NCBI GenBank assembly: GCA_951406725.2
Contig: OX597837.1
Coordinates: 22,940,001 to 23,004,000, forward strand
Direction of reading: 5' to 3'
DNA length: 64,000 nucleotides
Source of the DNA: Octopus vulgaris
Lineage: Eukaryota
Made by a program: the position numbers and the translations under genes. Under the pieces are notes generated by a model, which was not told the DNA's origin, made no database searches, and was given only the letters and a program-made list of their open reading frames with translations. This document shows positions 62,856 through 64,000 of this stretch, in pieces (within the stretch, counting starts at the first letter, position 1; each line of letters begins with the position of its first letter).

Positions 62856-63760
62856 AAGCGCAGGAGTGGCTGTGTGGTAAATAGCTTGTTTACCAACCAC
62901 ATGGTTCCGGGTTCAGTCCCACTGCATGGCACCTTGGGAAAGTGTCTTCTACTATAGCCTCGGGCCGACCAAAGCCTTGTGAGTGGATTTGGTAGATGGA
63001 AACTGAAAGAAGACCATCGTATATATGTATATATATGTGTGCGTGTATGTTTGTGTTTGTCCCCCTAGCATTGCTTGACAACCGATGCTGGTGTGTTTAT
63101 GTCCCCATCACTAAGCGGTTTGGCAAAAGAGACCGACAGAATAAGTACTGGGCTTACAAAGAATAAGTCCCAGGGTCGAGTTGCTTGATTAAAGGCGGTG
63201 CTCTAGCATGGCCGCAGTCAAATGACCGAAATAAGTAAAAGAGTAAAGAGTAATAGGGATATAAACACACTAACACCGTGGTGGGGTAAAATACAACGCA
63301 TATAGATATATACATAAGATATATACATACATGCATATTACAACACATATATGTACATACTCACACACACATATAGGAGCAGGCATGGCTGTGTGGTAAG
63401 AAGCTTGCTTTGTAACCACATAGTTACAGGTTCAGTCCCACTGCTTGTCACCTTGGGCAAGTGTCATTAATTTTAACCTTGCACTGACCAAAGCCTTGTG
63501 AGTGGATTTGGTAGACTGAAACTGAAATAAGCCCATTGTACATATATTGTGTGTGTGTGTGTGTGAGTTTGCATGTGTGTGCTTCTCCCCCACCACTGCT
63601 TCACAACCAGTATTGGTGTGTTTATGTCCCCCGTAATTTAGTTGTTTGGCAATAGAGTTTGATAGGATAAGTACTAGATTTTAAAAAAAGTACTGGGGTA
63701 ATTCAACAAGGCTGAGCCCCAGCATGACCACAGCCTAATAACTGAAACAAGTAAAAGATA
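62856..63760 (+). mobile_element. Two family-A SINEs (62856-63254 young, 63375-63760 older)
   Basis: Consensus match. Confidence 0.88.
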
Positions 63761-64000
63761 TATATATGACAGGCTTCTTTCAGTTTCCATCAACCAAATC
63801 CTCTCACAAGACTTTGGTTGGACTGAAACTATGGTAGAAGACACTTGCTGAACCGAAGACCATATTCTTGGGAAGCTACATAGTCACCTATATAAATGAT
63901 ATCTAATAATTTGAAGAATCTGTCAAGGAATTTAAATTTCCAGGAAAGAGGATTTGTGATAATAAAACAATTGTAAAACAACTCTTGAATAGCAAAAAAT

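Overview
AT-rich, microsatellite- and retroposon-saturated eukaryotic DNA. The SINE, LINE and MITE families suggest a coleoid cephalopod, most likely Octopus (inference from repeat families, not checked by search). I can support only one host coding exon: a 101-bp minus-strand exon at 62111-62211 (GALVTVCSDDTLHLWNYRQKRPDIVHTLKFMKE-R) from the WD40 region of tomosyn/STXBP5. It is missing from the ORF track. I found no neighbouring tomosyn exon by eye, so 1-62110 appears to be part of one intron of more than 62 kb. That intron holds a decayed full-length Mag-type Gypsy LTR element (2343-7915), fragments of RTE, CR1, Dong/R4 and HERO-like LINEs, mariner, hAT and piggyBac-type elements, dozens of tRNA-derived SINEs and many simple repeats. 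Almost all ORF-track entries are repeat or microsatellite artefacts. Best leads: (i) two minimal hammerhead-ribozyme motifs, unrelated outside the core, that share a non-canonical CUG-U-R-GAA core, one in a 154-bp tandem and fold-back unit; (ii) an apparently nascent tRNA-Asp + CR1-tail mini-SINE whose tail matches a LINE 3' end in the same window; (iii) inverted SINE copies bracketing the tomosyn exon; (iv) repeated short-range templated insertions and filler at SINE 5' junctions. Repeat boundaries were read by eye and are approximate unless a TSD or TIR is quoted.
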